Positions 48,700 to 58,853 of a stretch of DNA of 64,000 nucleotides are shown piece after piece. The notes under the pieces are model-generated. The model saw only the letters and a program-made list of their open reading frames with translations. It was not told the DNA's origin and did no database searches. The position numbers and the translations under genes are program-made. Source of the DNA: Candidatus Latescibacterota bacterium (GTDB lineage: Bacteria > Latescibacterota > UBA2968 > UBA8231); contig CBDCXV010000011.1 of assembly GCA_965223905.1 (NCBI GenBank), positions 384,001 to 448,000 of the forward strand. The letters are read 5' to 3'. Every line of letters begins with the position of its first letter. Within the stretch, counting starts at the first letter, position 1.

Positions 48700-49920
48700 C
48701 TACTTTTCAACCTGGGCTACGGCTTGCGCCGCCATGCCCTCGGAGCGCCCGATGAATCCGAGCCCCTCGGTCGTCGTCGCCTTGACAGAAACCGCCTCCA
48801 CGGGAATCTGCATCGCCTCCGAAAGCTTTCCCCGGATGGCGTCCATGTGGGGAGCAAGCCTCGGTTCCTGCGCCATGACCACCGCATCCACGTTGACCAC
48901 CCGCACCCCCTTTTCGCCGAGGAGATCGCGCACCCTGGCGAGCAGCACCAGGCTCGAGATGCCGCGATAGCTCTCGTCGTCGTCAGGGAAGTGCCGGCCA
49001 ATGTCGCCGAGAGCGGCCGCTCCCAGCAAGGCATCGATTATGGCGTGAGTGAGAACATCGGCGTCGGAGTGCCCTTCCAGACCTGCAGAGTGGGGAATGG
49101 TCAACCCGCCGAGTATCAGCGGCTTGCCCGGCACCAGGCGATGAACGTCGTATCCCTGCCCCACCCTCGTGCAGGAAACGACTGCCGTGGCTTCCGGACT
49201 GTCTGCGGGTTTTTCCAGACCGCGCTTGTCCATGTACCATTCGGCTTTCTCGAAGTCTTCGGGAGTCGTCATCTTGATGTTAACGGAATCGCCGGGAACG
49301 ACGCGTACCTTCACACCCATGCGCTCCAGCAACGTCGCCTCGTCGGTCGCCGGGCCGGCACCTGCTGCGGCACTGTGGACGAACGCGGCGAGGAGGGAAT
49401 CCCTGCGGAATCCCTGGGGGGTTTGCGCGTTCCACAAAGATCGCCGGTCCGGCGTCCCGACGACCACCTCCCCGCTCACTTCCTTCACGGTCTCGATAAC
49501 AGGCCGGGCCGGAATGGCGGCCCCGGACTGCTCGGTCGCCTCGATTACCCGGTCGATCAGCTCTCCAGTGACCAGTGGACGCACGGCGTCGTGAATCAGG
49601 ACGATCTCGTCCTCCGCCGTTGTCGCGCTTAGGGCGGAGCGAACCGAGTCGCAGCGCTCCCTGCCGCCGTCGACAGCCTGCCGCAGCTTGGAAAAGTCGC
49701 CGGCAAATTCTTCATATCGGGCGCGATCGGCGGGATTGAGGACGACGATGATTCCCCCTACCGATCGGGTCTCCTCGAAGCAGCGCAGCGTATGCCACAA
49801 TACCGGCTTGCCCAGCAGTTTCCGGAACTGTTTGGGTACCACGCCCGGCATCCGCGTCCCGCGGCCGGCCGCGGGAATCACAACGACGACCTTGCCTGCT
49901 GTTTTGCTGGCTTCAGACAT
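48700..49920 (-). CDS. ispDF: Bifunctional IspD/IspF
   Basis: PAAGRGTRM...PKQF, IHDAVRP, QTPQGF; GQGYDVHRL, GHSDADV, KATTTEGLG. Confidence 0.94.
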   Translation of the reverse strand: MSEASKTAGKVVVVIPAAGRGTRMPGVVPKQFRKLLGKPVLWHTLRCFEETRSVGGIIVVLNPADRARYEEFAGDFSKLRQAVDGGRERCDSVRSALSATTAEDEIVLIHDAVRPLVTGELIDRVIEATEQSGAAIPARPVIETVKEVSGEVVVGTPDRRSLWNAQTPQGFRRDSLLAAFVHSAAAGAGPATDEATLLERMGVKVRVVPGDSVNIKMTTPEDFEKAEWYMDKRGLEKPADSPEATAVVSCTRVGQGYDVHRLVPGKPLILGGLTIPHSAGLEGHSDADVLTHAIIDALLGAAALGDIGRHFPDDDESYRGISSLVLLARVRDLLGEKGVRVVNVDAVVMAQEPRLAPHMDAIRGKLSEAMQIPVEAVSVKATTTEGLGFIGRSEGMAAQAVAQVEK

Positions 49921-49949
49921 GGTGGTCGGGGCCCTTCCTGGCCGGGAAT

Positions 49950-50990
49950 TCACGAGATGAACATGGCGTCGCCGTAGCTGTAGAAGCGATATCCCGCGGC
50001 TACCGCTTCGCGATAGGCGGCAAGGACCGCATCCGTTCCGGCGAACGCCGACACCAGCATGAGCAGGGTCGAACGCGGCAGGTGGAAATTGGTCAACAGT
50101 GCATCGACAGCCCGGAAGCGATAGGGGGGCAGGATGTAATATTCGGTCCATCCGGCCCCGCCGCGAACCAGGCCCTCCTCCGACGCCAGCGTTTCCAGAG
50201 TCCGCGCGGTGGTCGTACCGATGGCGACAATACGGCCTCCTGCTCGCTTTCGACGACATATCTCCCCGGCCTCCGATTCGCCCAGCTCGTACCACTCCGC
50301 TTCCAATCGATGTTTGCGAGGATCGGTCTTTCGGACCGGTTCGAATGTTCCGGGTCCGACGTTAAGGGTCAAGGGGATTACCCCCACCCCCACCTGCCGC
50401 AGGCGACCGATCATGTCCAAGGTAAAGTGAAGACCCGCGGTCGGGGCAGCGACCGCTCCCTCGCTGCGGGCATATACCGTTTGATAGCGCTCGAAGTCTT
50501 CGGAAATCGGACGCCGCTGAAGGTACGGGGGCAGCGGGACCTCGCCATGGGCGCGGATGATTTCCCGGTCCGGCCGACCACCTTCGAATCGAATGCTGAG
50601 GCGGCCGTCCGGCCCGATCGCAAGAACACGAATGGCCGCCCCGGGACGGTCTCCTGCGACGAGTTCCAGCCTTTCGGATTCCTTAAGGCGCCTTGTCGGC
50701 TTGCCGAGGGCTTGCCAGCAGCCCTCTTCGGTACGGTGAATCAGCAGCAGTTCGATCCGCCCCCCACCGCTCATCCTGCGGGCCTGGAGCCGCGCCGGAA
50801 AGACCTTGGCGTCGTTGATGACGAGGGCGTCCGCGGGGCTGAGCAGATCGGGGAAATCGGCGAATTCAAGGTGCTCGTGCGAGCCGCCGTCGCGACGCAG
50901 ATGCAGAAGACGCGAGCCATCGCGAGCTTCCGCAGGATGTTTGGCTATCTGGCTCGGAGGGAGGGCAAAGTCGAAATCGGATAGGTCCAT
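49950..50990 (-). CDS. queA: tRNA preQ1 S-adenosylmethionine ribosyltransferase-isomerase QueA
   Basis: DFDFALP, VPLPPY, AVAAPTAGLHF, TNFHLPRSTL, YRFYSYGDAM. Confidence 0.96.
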   Translation of the reverse strand: MDLSDFDFALPPSQIAKHPAEARDGSRLLHLRRDGGSHEHLEFADFPDLLSPADALVINDAKVFPARLQARRMSGGGRIELLLIHRTEEGCWQALGKPTRRLKESERLELVAGDRPGAAIRVLAIGPDGRLSIRFEGGRPDREIIRAHGEVPLPPYLQRRPISEDFERYQTVYARSEGAVAAPTAGLHFTLDMIGRLRQVGVGVIPLTLNVGPGTFEPVRKTDPRKHRLEAEWYELGESEAGEICRRKRAGGRIVAIGTTTARTLETLASEEGLVRGGAGWTEYYILPPYRFRAVDALLTNFHLPRSTLLMLVSAFAGTDAVLAAYREAVAAGYRFYSYGDAMFIS

Positions 50991-51223
50991 CGAAAAGGGG
51001 CGAAGCCCAAAAAGCGGAGGAGAGGGAGACCGGAAACCGGAGGGCCCAACCTACCCGGCTCGCCTGCAGGGGTCAAGCAGAGTGGTCGGGGGAACAAGGC
51101 GGAGGGAGCGGTCGACGCGGCAGCGGGAATCCGGGATGTCCCGGTGAACAGGGCCATCGCAACGCTGAAGGGAATAGCCACACCGGAACCGGGGATCCAA
51201 AGCTCCTGTCCGGCAAATCGGAA

Positions 51224-51964
51224 TTACCGGGAATGACGGTAAATCGTGGAGAGAATCTTGAGGCCTGCCCGGATGCTTCCGGCCACTGTGCCGCTGATCT
51301 TCGACTCCCCAATGCGCCTTCGATAACTGACGGGTACCTCCACGATGCGCAGGCCCCTTTTTGCCGCCTTTATCTGCATCTCCACCGTCCATCCGAAATC
51401 GCGGTCCTCCATTCCCAACTGCTTGAGTGCCCGCCGGCTTATTGCCCGGAAGGGACCGAGATCGGTGTAAGACACCCCGAACAACAGGCGGATCAGCGAA
51501 GTGGCGAGAAGGTTGCCGAGCCGGGACTGGGGGGGAAGGGCGCCTGGTTGGCGACGGCCCAGCACTCGGGAACCGATGACGAGGTCCGCCCGATCGGCCC
51601 AGATGGGGGTCAGCAGTCGCGCCATTTCTTCGGGATGGTCGCTGTAGTCGCCGTCCAGGAAAACAACGACGTCGCACTCCCTGAGCGCGGCAATACCCGC
51701 CAGGCACGCCTGGCCGTACCCCTTTCGAGGTTCGCTGACCACCTCTGCGCCGGCCTCCTCCGCCCTGGCCGCGGTGTCGTCGGTCGAGCCGTTGTCCACG
51801 ACTACGACCTGGTCGACCACAGCATCGATCTGCCGGCCGTCCGCGAACCGCTTCGGTATGTCGGCGAGCACCCTGCCGATCGCTTCCCCCTCGTCGCGAG
51901 CCGGTATGACAACACCGACCGACCGCCTGGGCAGGGAAGCCTGGGAAGGATCACCGAGAGACAT
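51224..51964 (-). CDS. Glycosyltransferase family 2
   Basis: VIPARDE, VVDNGSTD, FLDGDYSD, TDLGPFRAI, GWTVEMQ. Confidence 0.9.
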   Translation of the reverse strand: MSLGDPSQASLPRRSVGVVIPARDEGEAIGRVLADIPKRFADGRQIDAVVDQVVVVDNGSTDDTAARAEEAGAEVVSEPRKGYGQACLAGIAALRECDVVVFLDGDYSDHPEEMARLLTPIWADRADLVIGSRVLGRRQPGALPPQSRLGNLLATSLIRLLFGVSYTDLGPFRAISRRALKQLGMEDRDFGWTVEMQIKAAKRGLRIVEVPVSYRRRIGESKISGTVAGSIRAGLKILSTIYRHSR

Positions 51965-52166
51965 ACCTCGCGTTCGCGCGGCTAGCGCGAAAACCGGAGG
52001 GAAGGGAGGACCGCGAGCAATCGCGGGCCAAGTAAGGCAGGAGCCCCTGCGCAAACGGCCGCGTACCCCCGGTCCGCATCAGGCTGCCCGCTGGAAATGG
52101 AAATCAAACTGGTTTTCCACCAGCTCCCGGAAGGGAGTCAGCTTGAACCGGGGATCGGGGGATCTG

Positions 52167-53024
52167 CTACAAATGCGTCTCGATCCAGGAGAGCAGCGTG
52201 TCGACGACTTCGGGGTCTTGCAGCATGTCAAGCCCGTGTGCGTCCTGACCTGGGAAAACTTTCAAGTATTTCGGATCGCCTGTGCGGTCATTCAGGTACG
52301 AGGCGAGGGCTGGGTAGGTCAATATCTCCGTTTCGCTGATCTGTCCAAGAATGTCGTTTTCGGAGACGAGGAACATCATCGAGTGCGGAGAGAAGTTCTC
52401 CACCTGCTCACCGACAGCGAGCAGTTCCAGCGTACGGGGATCCAAGACTCCGGGAGAGAGGGCGACACCTGCCCGGAGATCGTCCGGGAAAGCCCCCATG
52501 CTCACGTAAGCGACATTGCCTCCTACTCCGGCACCGACGATGGCGACGCGGCCGATGTCCGCGGAGGGCTCGGTTTTCAACCAGTTCAGGGCGGCGCGGA
52601 CATCGAGGTGGAAGTTTCCGATATCGGAGATCAGCAGGACCTGCTGGGGGCGGCCGTCGTCCGGGTACGGAGTGTTGCCGTGGCCGCGCAGGTCGATGGC
52701 CAGGGGGGAATACCCCTCTTCGAGGAGCCGTTCGAACAAGCCGGCGATCAACCATTCCAGCCCGCCGAAGAACCCGCTCATTTCCCCGATATCGTGGACG
52801 AGGATCACCACCGGGTTCGGCCCGGGCCCCGTCGTGTGACCGTAACGGGCGCTGATCTCGACGCTGTCCACCGTTGTGAAGGTGACATCCTTGACTGGAT
52901 AGACAATGCCCGGTCCGGTGGGAAAATCCGGCCCTTCTATGGCGATTTCGTCGTCCTCGGTGCCGCAGCCTGCGGCCAGCAAGAACACCAAGGGGAAGAG
53001 CAGTTGCCGAACGAAGGTTTTCAT
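52167..53024 (-). CDS. Lipoprotein with alpha/beta-hydrolase fold
   Basis: Lipobox LAAGC; VILVH, IDLRGHG, IVGAGVGG, LSPG, AHG. Confidence 0.8.
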   Translation of the reverse strand: MKTFVRQLLFPLVFLLAAGCGTEDDEIAIEGPDFPTGPGIVYPVKDVTFTTVDSVEISARYGHTTGPGPNPVVILVHDIGEMSGFFGGLEWLIAGLFERLLEEGYSPLAIDLRGHGNTPYPDDGRPQQVLLISDIGNFHLDVRAALNWLKTEPSADIGRVAIVGAGVGGNVAYVSMGAFPDDLRAGVALSPGVLDPRTLELLAVGEQVENFSPHSMMFLVSENDILGQISETEILTYPALASYLNDRTGDPKYLKVFPGQDAHGLDMLQDPEVVDTLLSWIETHL

Positions 53025-53158
53025 GCTACTCCTGTGGTTCTTCCCCTTGCGAATTTCCCTTGCCATTGCGTACAGCGCATGGATTTGCACAGCTCGTAAA
53101 TTTAAGGTAACCAGGGAAATCGAGCGGTGCCAACCAATACTACCTAACTCCCGGATCG

Positions 53159-54898
53159 ATGATTCGCATACGAGACCTGCGTTTCTCCTTTCCCGGTGCC
53201 AGTACGAGCGCCCTGGACAGGGTGAGCATCGATATCGCACCCGGAGAGCGGGTCGCCGTCATCGGACCGAACGCCTCGGGCAAGACCACCCTTGCCCGCT
53301 GCCTGAACGGACTCCTGCTGCCGGGCTCCGGTTCGGTAACGGTCGATGATCTCGACACCCGGAATCGAGATTCGCTCCCGTCGCTGCGCCGCCTCGTGGC
53401 GATGGTGTTTCAGAACCCCGACGATCAGCTGGTCGCCACCACGGTGGAAACCGAGATCGCCTTCGGGCTGGAAAACCTCGGCGTTCCGCCCCCGCGGATG
53501 CGGCAGCGCGTTGCCGAAGTGCTGGATCGCTTCGGGCTGGAGCGCTACCGAGGCCATCCGCCCCACCTGCTGTCGGGCGGAGAGAAGCAGCGCTTGGCCA
53601 TCGCCGCGGGTTTCGCCCTGCGGCCTCGCTATTTCGTCCTGGACGAGCCGACCTCGATGCTGGATTCGGTTGGTCGCGCACAGCTGCTCGACGAAATCGA
53701 TGAACTGAGCTCGAGAGAGCGGATCGCGACAATCCAGATCACCCAAGATGCCGAAGAAGCCTGTCGCGCCGATCGCGTGATCGTGATGGAACGCGGCCGC
53801 ATCCTGCTCGATGCGGCCCCCGATGCGGTCTTTGCCGAGAGGGAACGCCTGCAGGAAATCGGTCTGGAAATCCCCTTTCTCTTCGCACTCGCCCGGAAGG
53901 TTTCGGCTGCTGGTGGAACGGTTCCCGTGCGGCCGTCGCTCCCCGATCTCGCCAAGCGCGTGGTCGATCTGTGCGATGGAGAAGGCGGGTTTTGTTTCGG
54001 GAGCCTTCAGAGCGGTGGCATCGAAAGCATCGGCGAGACGCCCCCTTCCCTGCGGGTCGAAGACATCCACTTCTCCTATGAGGTAGGTCCTGGTCGAAAG
54101 ATAGAGGCGCTGGAAGGGGTAACCGCGAACCTATCCACCGGAGGGGCAGTCGGGATCATCGGCAGGAGCGGTTCGGGAAAGAGCACCCTCGCCCAACATC
54201 TGAACGGGCTGCTCGCCCCAAGTCGCGGGCGGGTGCTGCTCGACCACAAGGATCTGTCGCACCCTTCCGAGACAGCCCGCATCCGCAGACGCATCGGCCT
54301 GGTTTTTCAGTACCCCGAGGTTCAGCTTTTCGAGGAGACCGTCGCTGCGGACGTCGCATTCGGTCCGGTGAGCGCCGGCTGCGACGCCGGCGAAACGCAG
54401 CGTCGCGTACGCGCGGCTCTGGCAGCCGTGGCGCTGCCTCACGAGCAGTACGGTGCCCGCCCCCCGACCGCCCTCAGCGGCGGGGAGCGGCGGCGGGCGG
54501 CCATAGCCGGAGTGCTGGCCATGGAGCCGGAGGTGCTGGTCATGGACGAACCCACCGCCGGCCTCGACCCCGCCGGGTTCGCCGGCCTCCTCAACCTCCT
54601 CGCCAAGCTGCGAAAACAGGGAGTCCTTCTGGTGCTGATAACCCACGACGTCAGACTCGTGGCCGCGGCGACCGCCTGGGTCGTCGCCCTCGACCGGGGA
54701 CGGGTCGTGCTCGAAGGCAGAACCGAGGAGGTGCTGACCCATCCGGATTTCAGCCGCCTGACCGGGCTGGAACCTCCCCCCGCGGTGCGCTTTGCACAGC
54801 AGCTGTCGGCGGCTGGTCTTCCGGTCCCCCCGGGCATCACGCGCCAGAAGCAGGTTCTGGATTTAGTAGGCGCCCTGACTGGAGTTGCCGATGAGTGA
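53159..54898 (+). CDS. ECF transporter ATPase, fused EcfA-EcfA'
   Basis: Two ABC domains: GPNASGKT/FQNPDDQL/LSGGEKQR and GRSGSGKS/FQYPEVQL/LSGGERRR. Confidence 0.9.
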   Translation: MIRIRDLRFSFPGASTSALDRVSIDIAPGERVAVIGPNASGKTTLARCLNGLLLPGSGSVTVDDLDTRNRDSLPSLRRLVAMVFQNPDDQLVATTVETEIAFGLENLGVPPPRMRQRVAEVLDRFGLERYRGHPPHLLSGGEKQRLAIAAGFALRPRYFVLDEPTSMLDSVGRAQLLDEIDELSSRERIATIQITQDAEEACRADRVIVMERGRILLDAAPDAVFAERERLQEIGLEIPFLFALARKVSAAGGTVPVRPSLPDLAKRVVDLCDGEGGFCFGSLQSGGIESIGETPPSLRVEDIHFSYEVGPGRKIEALEGVTANLSTGGAVGIIGRSGSGKSTLAQHLNGLLAPSRGRVLLDHKDLSHPSETARIRRRIGLVFQYPEVQLFEETVAADVAFGPVSAGCDAGETQRRVRAALAAVALPHEQYGARPPTALSGGERRRAAIAGVLAMEPEVLVMDEPTAGLDPAGFAGLLNLLAKLRKQGVLLVLITHDVRLVAAATAWVVALDRGRVVLEGRTEEVLTHPDFSRLTGLEPPPAVRFAQQLSAAGLPVPPGITRQKQVLDLVGALTGVADE

Positions 54899-56192
54899 AA
54901 CAGTCGTCATCCGCAATGGGCGCGTCCTCGACCCCGGGAACGGCTTAGACGCCGTTGCCGATGTCTGGATTGAGGACGGAGCAGTGCGCGCGGTAGGAGC
55001 CGGACTGCAGATTCCCGACGGGACGGCTTCGCTCGATGCGAGCGGCATGCTGGTCACCCCGGGCTGGATCGACTCGCACGTCCATTTCCGTGAGCCGGGT
55101 TTCGAGGCCAAGGAGACCATCGCCAGCGGCAGCGCCGCCGCGGCCGCCGGGGGATTCACCGCGGTCGCCACCATGCCCAATACCGAGCTGCCACCCGATT
55201 CCGCGGCCGCCCTTGCCGACCTGCAGGCACGGGCGGCAGGGGCCTGCGTACGCGTCTACCCGATCGGCTGCGTCACCGAGAGGCGTGCGGGGAAACGCTT
55301 GGCCCCGCTGGCGGATCTCGCCGCCGCAGGGGCGGTGGCCTTTTCGGACGACGGCGATCCGGTAGCCGATGCGGGCCTGATGGAAGCGGCCCTCGCGGTC
55401 TCGCGGCAGACCGGGGTTCCCCTGTTCCCGCACGAGGAGGTCAAGGAGTTGACAGCGGGGGGCTGCATGCACGAGGGAGCGGTTTCTCGGCGCCTCGGAG
55501 TCCAGGGCATGCCCTCGGCTGGGGAAGAGGAGATGATCGCCCGCGACATCGGGCTCGTCGAACGTTGCGGAGGACACCTGCACGTAGCGCACATCAGTAC
55601 GGCTGGCTCGGTCTTTCTGGTTCGCGAAGCCAAGGGAAGGGGGCTGGCAGTTACCTGCGAGGTGCTGCCGCACCATTTCGCCCTGACCGACCAGGCCGTC
55701 GCGGAGCAGGGCACGGCTGCCAAGATGAGCCCCCCGCTGCGCGGGAAATCGGACGTCGAGGCGATGCTCGCCGGACTGCGGGACGGCACCATCGACACGA
55801 TCGCCACCGACCATGCCCCTCACACCGCCGCGGAGAAACGACTCCCGCTCACCGAGGCGCCGTTCGGCATCGTCGGACTGGAAACCGCGGTCGGCCTGAC
55901 CTTCACCTGTCTGGTCGAGACCGGGGTCCTCGGCGCCGCCCAGGCGATCGCAAAATGGACCACCGAGCCGGCGCGCATACTCAAGCTGCCGGGAGGGCGG
56001 CTCGACATCGGCGCACCCGGCGACGTGACGGTCATTGATCCCGCCAGGCGCTGGACCGTAAGGCCGGAGCGTTTCCGGTCGAAGTCGAGCAACACCCCGT
56101 TCGCAGGCTGCAGGCTCACCGGCAAGGCGGTGGCCACCATAGTCGGAGGCCGCGTCGTTCACGACGAGATTTCAGAGCGAAAAGAAGGGTGA
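54891..56192 (+). CDS. pyrC: Dihydroorotase (type I)
   Basis: DSHVHFREPG, MPNT, FSDDG, HVAHIST, ATDHAPH, PFGIVGLET. Confidence 0.93.
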   Translation: MSETVVIRNGRVLDPGNGLDAVADVWIEDGAVRAVGAGLQIPDGTASLDASGMLVTPGWIDSHVHFREPGFEAKETIASGSAAAAAGGFTAVATMPNTELPPDSAAALADLQARAAGACVRVYPIGCVTERRAGKRLAPLADLAAAGAVAFSDDGDPVADAGLMEAALAVSRQTGVPLFPHEEVKELTAGGCMHEGAVSRRLGVQGMPSAGEEEMIARDIGLVERCGGHLHVAHISTAGSVFLVREAKGRGLAVTCEVLPHHFALTDQAVAEQGTAAKMSPPLRGKSDVEAMLAGLRDGTIDTIATDHAPHTAAEKRLPLTEAPFGIVGLETAVGLTFTCLVETGVLGAAQAIAKWTTEPARILKLPGGRLDIGAPGDVTVIDPARRWTVRPERFRSKSSNTPFAGCRLTGKAVATIVGGRVVHDEISERKEG

Positions 56193-57515
56193 GGACTGGA
56201 AAGCGTCCTCGACATGGGTGACAGCGCCTTCCTCCTCCCCGGGCCCTAGCTGCACGGCTATAACGTCGAACCTCACCTCGCATTTCCGGGGGATACCGCG
56301 GCGGCGTATGAAATGCCTGGCAGCGCGCGTCACGCGTTCCTGTTTTTGGGCATCCACCCTCAGCTCCGGGGGGTAGAGCCGGGATTCGCTCGCCTTGACC
56401 TCGACGAACACCAGGCAGTTCAGTCCGCGTGCCACGATGTCGACCTCCGCCCCGGCGCCGCGGTAGTTGCGCTCTAGCAGGCGATACCCCATGCCAACCA
56501 GGTGATCCGCGGCCAGCTGCTCGCCGCGGGCGCCGATATCCCGCAAGCGCCTGCGGCGCTCCCGAACCGAAACCTCGAACTGTCGCTCCTCGTCCTTTGA
56601 AAGGGGAATCGCCGTCTTTTCGGAACGCAGCCAGCGCTCGAGGTCCTCCCAGCTGGTCAAAGCCTCCAGCTGCCGGCGTCGCTGCCGGAGGGCCAGGCTG
56701 GGGGCGGGGCGAAGGCGTTCTGCAACCGGCTCGAAAGAGCGCCGGTGCAGAGGACAGGGGCCGTATTTCTCGAGGGCCTTGCGATGGCGAGCGCTCGCGT
56801 AGCCCTTGTTACTGGCGAATCCGTACTGCGGGTATCTCAGATCCAGCTCGACCATCATCCGGTCGCGGTGCACCTTGGCGACGATCGCCGCCGCGGCGAT
56901 GGATACCGAGCGTTCGTCACCGCGAACAATGGCCGTCTCCGGGAATGGGGTTCCGGGCTTGAAGGCGCCGTCGACGAGAACCCGATCGGGCCGTGGGTCC
57001 AGTTCCAGCAGGGCTTTTCTCATCGCCTTCAGGGAAGCCTGCAGGATGTTGAGCTCGTCGATCTCAGGGACCTCGACGGACGCTACCGCGGAGCAATGTG
57101 CCTGTTCGAGAATCTGCCCGAAAAGCCCCTCGCGCACCTCCGGTTGCAGCTTCTTCGAATCGTCGACCTCCCACAACTCGACGCCTGGGCGGAAGGCGAC
57201 GGCCGCGGCCACCACTGGCCCGGCCAGGCACCCGCGGCCGACTTCGTCCACTCCTGCCACCACCTGAACCCCCGACTGCCAGAGTCGGGTTTCGAATTCC
57301 CGCATCCGTCGGGCGCGGGTGCACTCGGACTCGCGCCGGCGCATTTGCTCGCGGGCCCGAACGGCGATCCTGCGCACCCCTGCTCGCCGGTCGCGCTCGA
57401 GAACCCGGCAAGCACGCTGGTCGATGTCGGGGTGGGACCGTATCAGCTCGTCTACCTGGGAGACCGAGAGCCGTTCGACGACTCTGGGTGTTATGCGAGT
57501 TACGGCCGTGGCCAT
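56172..57515 (-). CDS. rnhB: Ribonuclease HII fused to a C-terminal YraN (UPF0102) nuclease domain
   Basis: AGVDEVGRG, DSKKL, VDG, SIAAAAIVAKV, NKGY, HRRSF; then GARGEQLAA..L...GY.LLERNYR..AEVDIVA...VFVEVK...RFDVIAV. Confidence 0.9.
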   Translation of the reverse strand: MATAVTRITPRVVERLSVSQVDELIRSHPDIDQRACRVLERDRRAGVRRIAVRAREQMRRRESECTRARRMREFETRLWQSGVQVVAGVDEVGRGCLAGPVVAAAVAFRPGVELWEVDDSKKLQPEVREGLFGQILEQAHCSAVASVEVPEIDELNILQASLKAMRKALLELDPRPDRVLVDGAFKPGTPFPETAIVRGDERSVSIAAAAIVAKVHRDRMMVELDLRYPQYGFASNKGYASARHRKALEKYGPCPLHRRSFEPVAERLRPAPSLALRQRRRQLEALTSWEDLERWLRSEKTAIPLSKDEERQFEVSVRERRRRLRDIGARGEQLAADHLVGMGYRLLERNYRGAGAEVDIVARGLNCLVFVEVKASESRLYPPELRVDAQKQERVTRAARHFIRRRGIPRKCEVRFDVIAVQLGPGEEEGAVTHVEDAFQSSPFFSL

Positions 57516-57640
57516 GGCCTCATCCCGTCCATAGTGCGATTGACACGGCCTCTGGGTCCTTTATGTTGACGCACGTGCATGCAAGTCGGTTGAGGGAAAC
57601 CCTCCCGGTTTTTTCGGGTCCATAGTCTGAAGGGGATCCA

Positions 57641-58258
57641 ATGTCGGTGGATAAAATGGCAAAGATTGCAGCCGCGGTCCTGGTGGCTGCGGGGTTTGCG
57701 TTACGGCCGCTGCCCGTCCCGGCGCAGACCGACATCGAAATACAGCCACTGACCCAGTCGGACACCCGGCTGTACCTCAACGACGGCACAGTCGTTATGG
57801 GCCGCCTGATCGAGCACAGCAAGGACCTCGTAATCGTTCAGGTAAAAGAGCAGGTCTTCACCTTCGAGCTCGAGGAGATCGACCGCATCGTAACCCTCGA
57901 TTCTCTCGGAGCGGGGGCGCGGACCGTCTCCGTAATCGAGTTTCCGTATATCAGCTTTCTCGGCGGAACCGTCGCGTTCGGCCTGCTGTCGTGGCTGCAG
58001 TTCGACACCGCTTCGGACCGCGACCGCGACGCCGACCTCAACGCGGCCAGCGGCGTCTTCGAACGTGCCCGCGAGCTGCGCGACAAGGCCGAGCGCGCGC
58101 GTCTGCTGGGGTGGTCCACGACGGTACTGGCCGCCGGCAGCACCGTCGTGGCGCTGGTTCCGCGCAGGGAGAAACGGCGGATTTTTCCCGAACTCACGCT
58201 GCAGCCTCCAGCCTCCGGCTCACCCGGGTTTCTGCTGGCCTACAACAGACGCTTCTGA
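57641..58258 (+). CDS. Hypothetical exported/membrane protein
   Basis: Signal peptide, small beta domain (LYLNDGTVVMGRLIE), hydrophobic helices, C-terminal LLAYNRRF. Confidence 0.7.
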   Translation: MSVDKMAKIAAAVLVAAGFALRPLPVPAQTDIEIQPLTQSDTRLYLNDGTVVMGRLIEHSKDLVIVQVKEQVFTFELEEIDRIVTLDSLGAGARTVSVIEFPYISFLGGTVAFGLLSWLQFDTASDRDRDADLNAASGVFERARELRDKAERARLLGWSTTVLAAGSTVVALVPRREKRRIFPELTLQPPASGSPGFLLAYNRRF

Positions 58259-58352
58259 TCCGCAAGCGGCTAGTGTGCCGCCCCGAGAGGAACCTGCCAA
58301 TTCGAAGGCGGCGAAACGCACTCTTTCGTACTGGTACTCACGCACGCAGGCG

Positions 58353-58838
58353 CTATTTTGCCTCCGGGGGTTCCGACCGCGGGTCGGGAGAAGGCACCCT
58401 GGCCGCGATGAAGTCGACAAGGCCGCGCAAAGCCAGCAGGTAGCTGTCGCTACCGAACCCTGCAATCTGTCCGACGCACACTGGCGCCACGACCGAGTTC
58501 CTGCGGAACCGCTCTCGGGCGTGCACGTTCGTAAGGTGAACTTCCACCGCCGGGAGACCCGCCGCCGCCACTGAGTCCCTTACGGCCAGACTGTAGTGGG
58601 TGAGGGCTCCGGGGTTGATGACCACACCCTGCGCCCAGCCGCCGGCCTCGTGAATAGCGTCGATTATCGCGCCCTCGTGATTCGATTGCTCGATCCTGAG
58701 TTCGACACCGAGCTCTCCGGCAAGGGCTCGCAGAGCAGCATCGATGTCGGCAAGCGTTCCGGAGCCGTACACCTCGGGTTCGCGCCTGCCCAGCAGGTTG
58801 AGATTGGGACCGTGTACGACCAGAACTCGTAGCGCCAC
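58353..58838 (-). CDS. aroQ: Type II 3-dehydroquinate dehydratase
   Basis: [39 protein letters not shown]. Confidence 0.96.
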   Translation of the reverse strand: MALRVLVVHGPNLNLLGRREPEVYGSGTLADIDAALRALAGELGVELRIEQSNHEGAIIDAIHEAGGWAQGVVINPGALTHYSLAVRDSVAAAGLPAVEVHLTNVHARERFRRNSVVAPVCVGQIAGFGSDSYLLALRGLVDFIAARVPSPDPRSEPPEAK

Positions 58839-58853
58839 TGTTGTCCTGCCCTT

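Noticed and set aside
48700-49920. IspD-IspF fusion as a novelty
   Set aside because: Bifunctional IspDF is well known.
51000-51230. 6S RNA or preQ1 riboswitch upstream of queA
   Set aside because: No convincing long bulged hairpin or preQ1 consensus seen.
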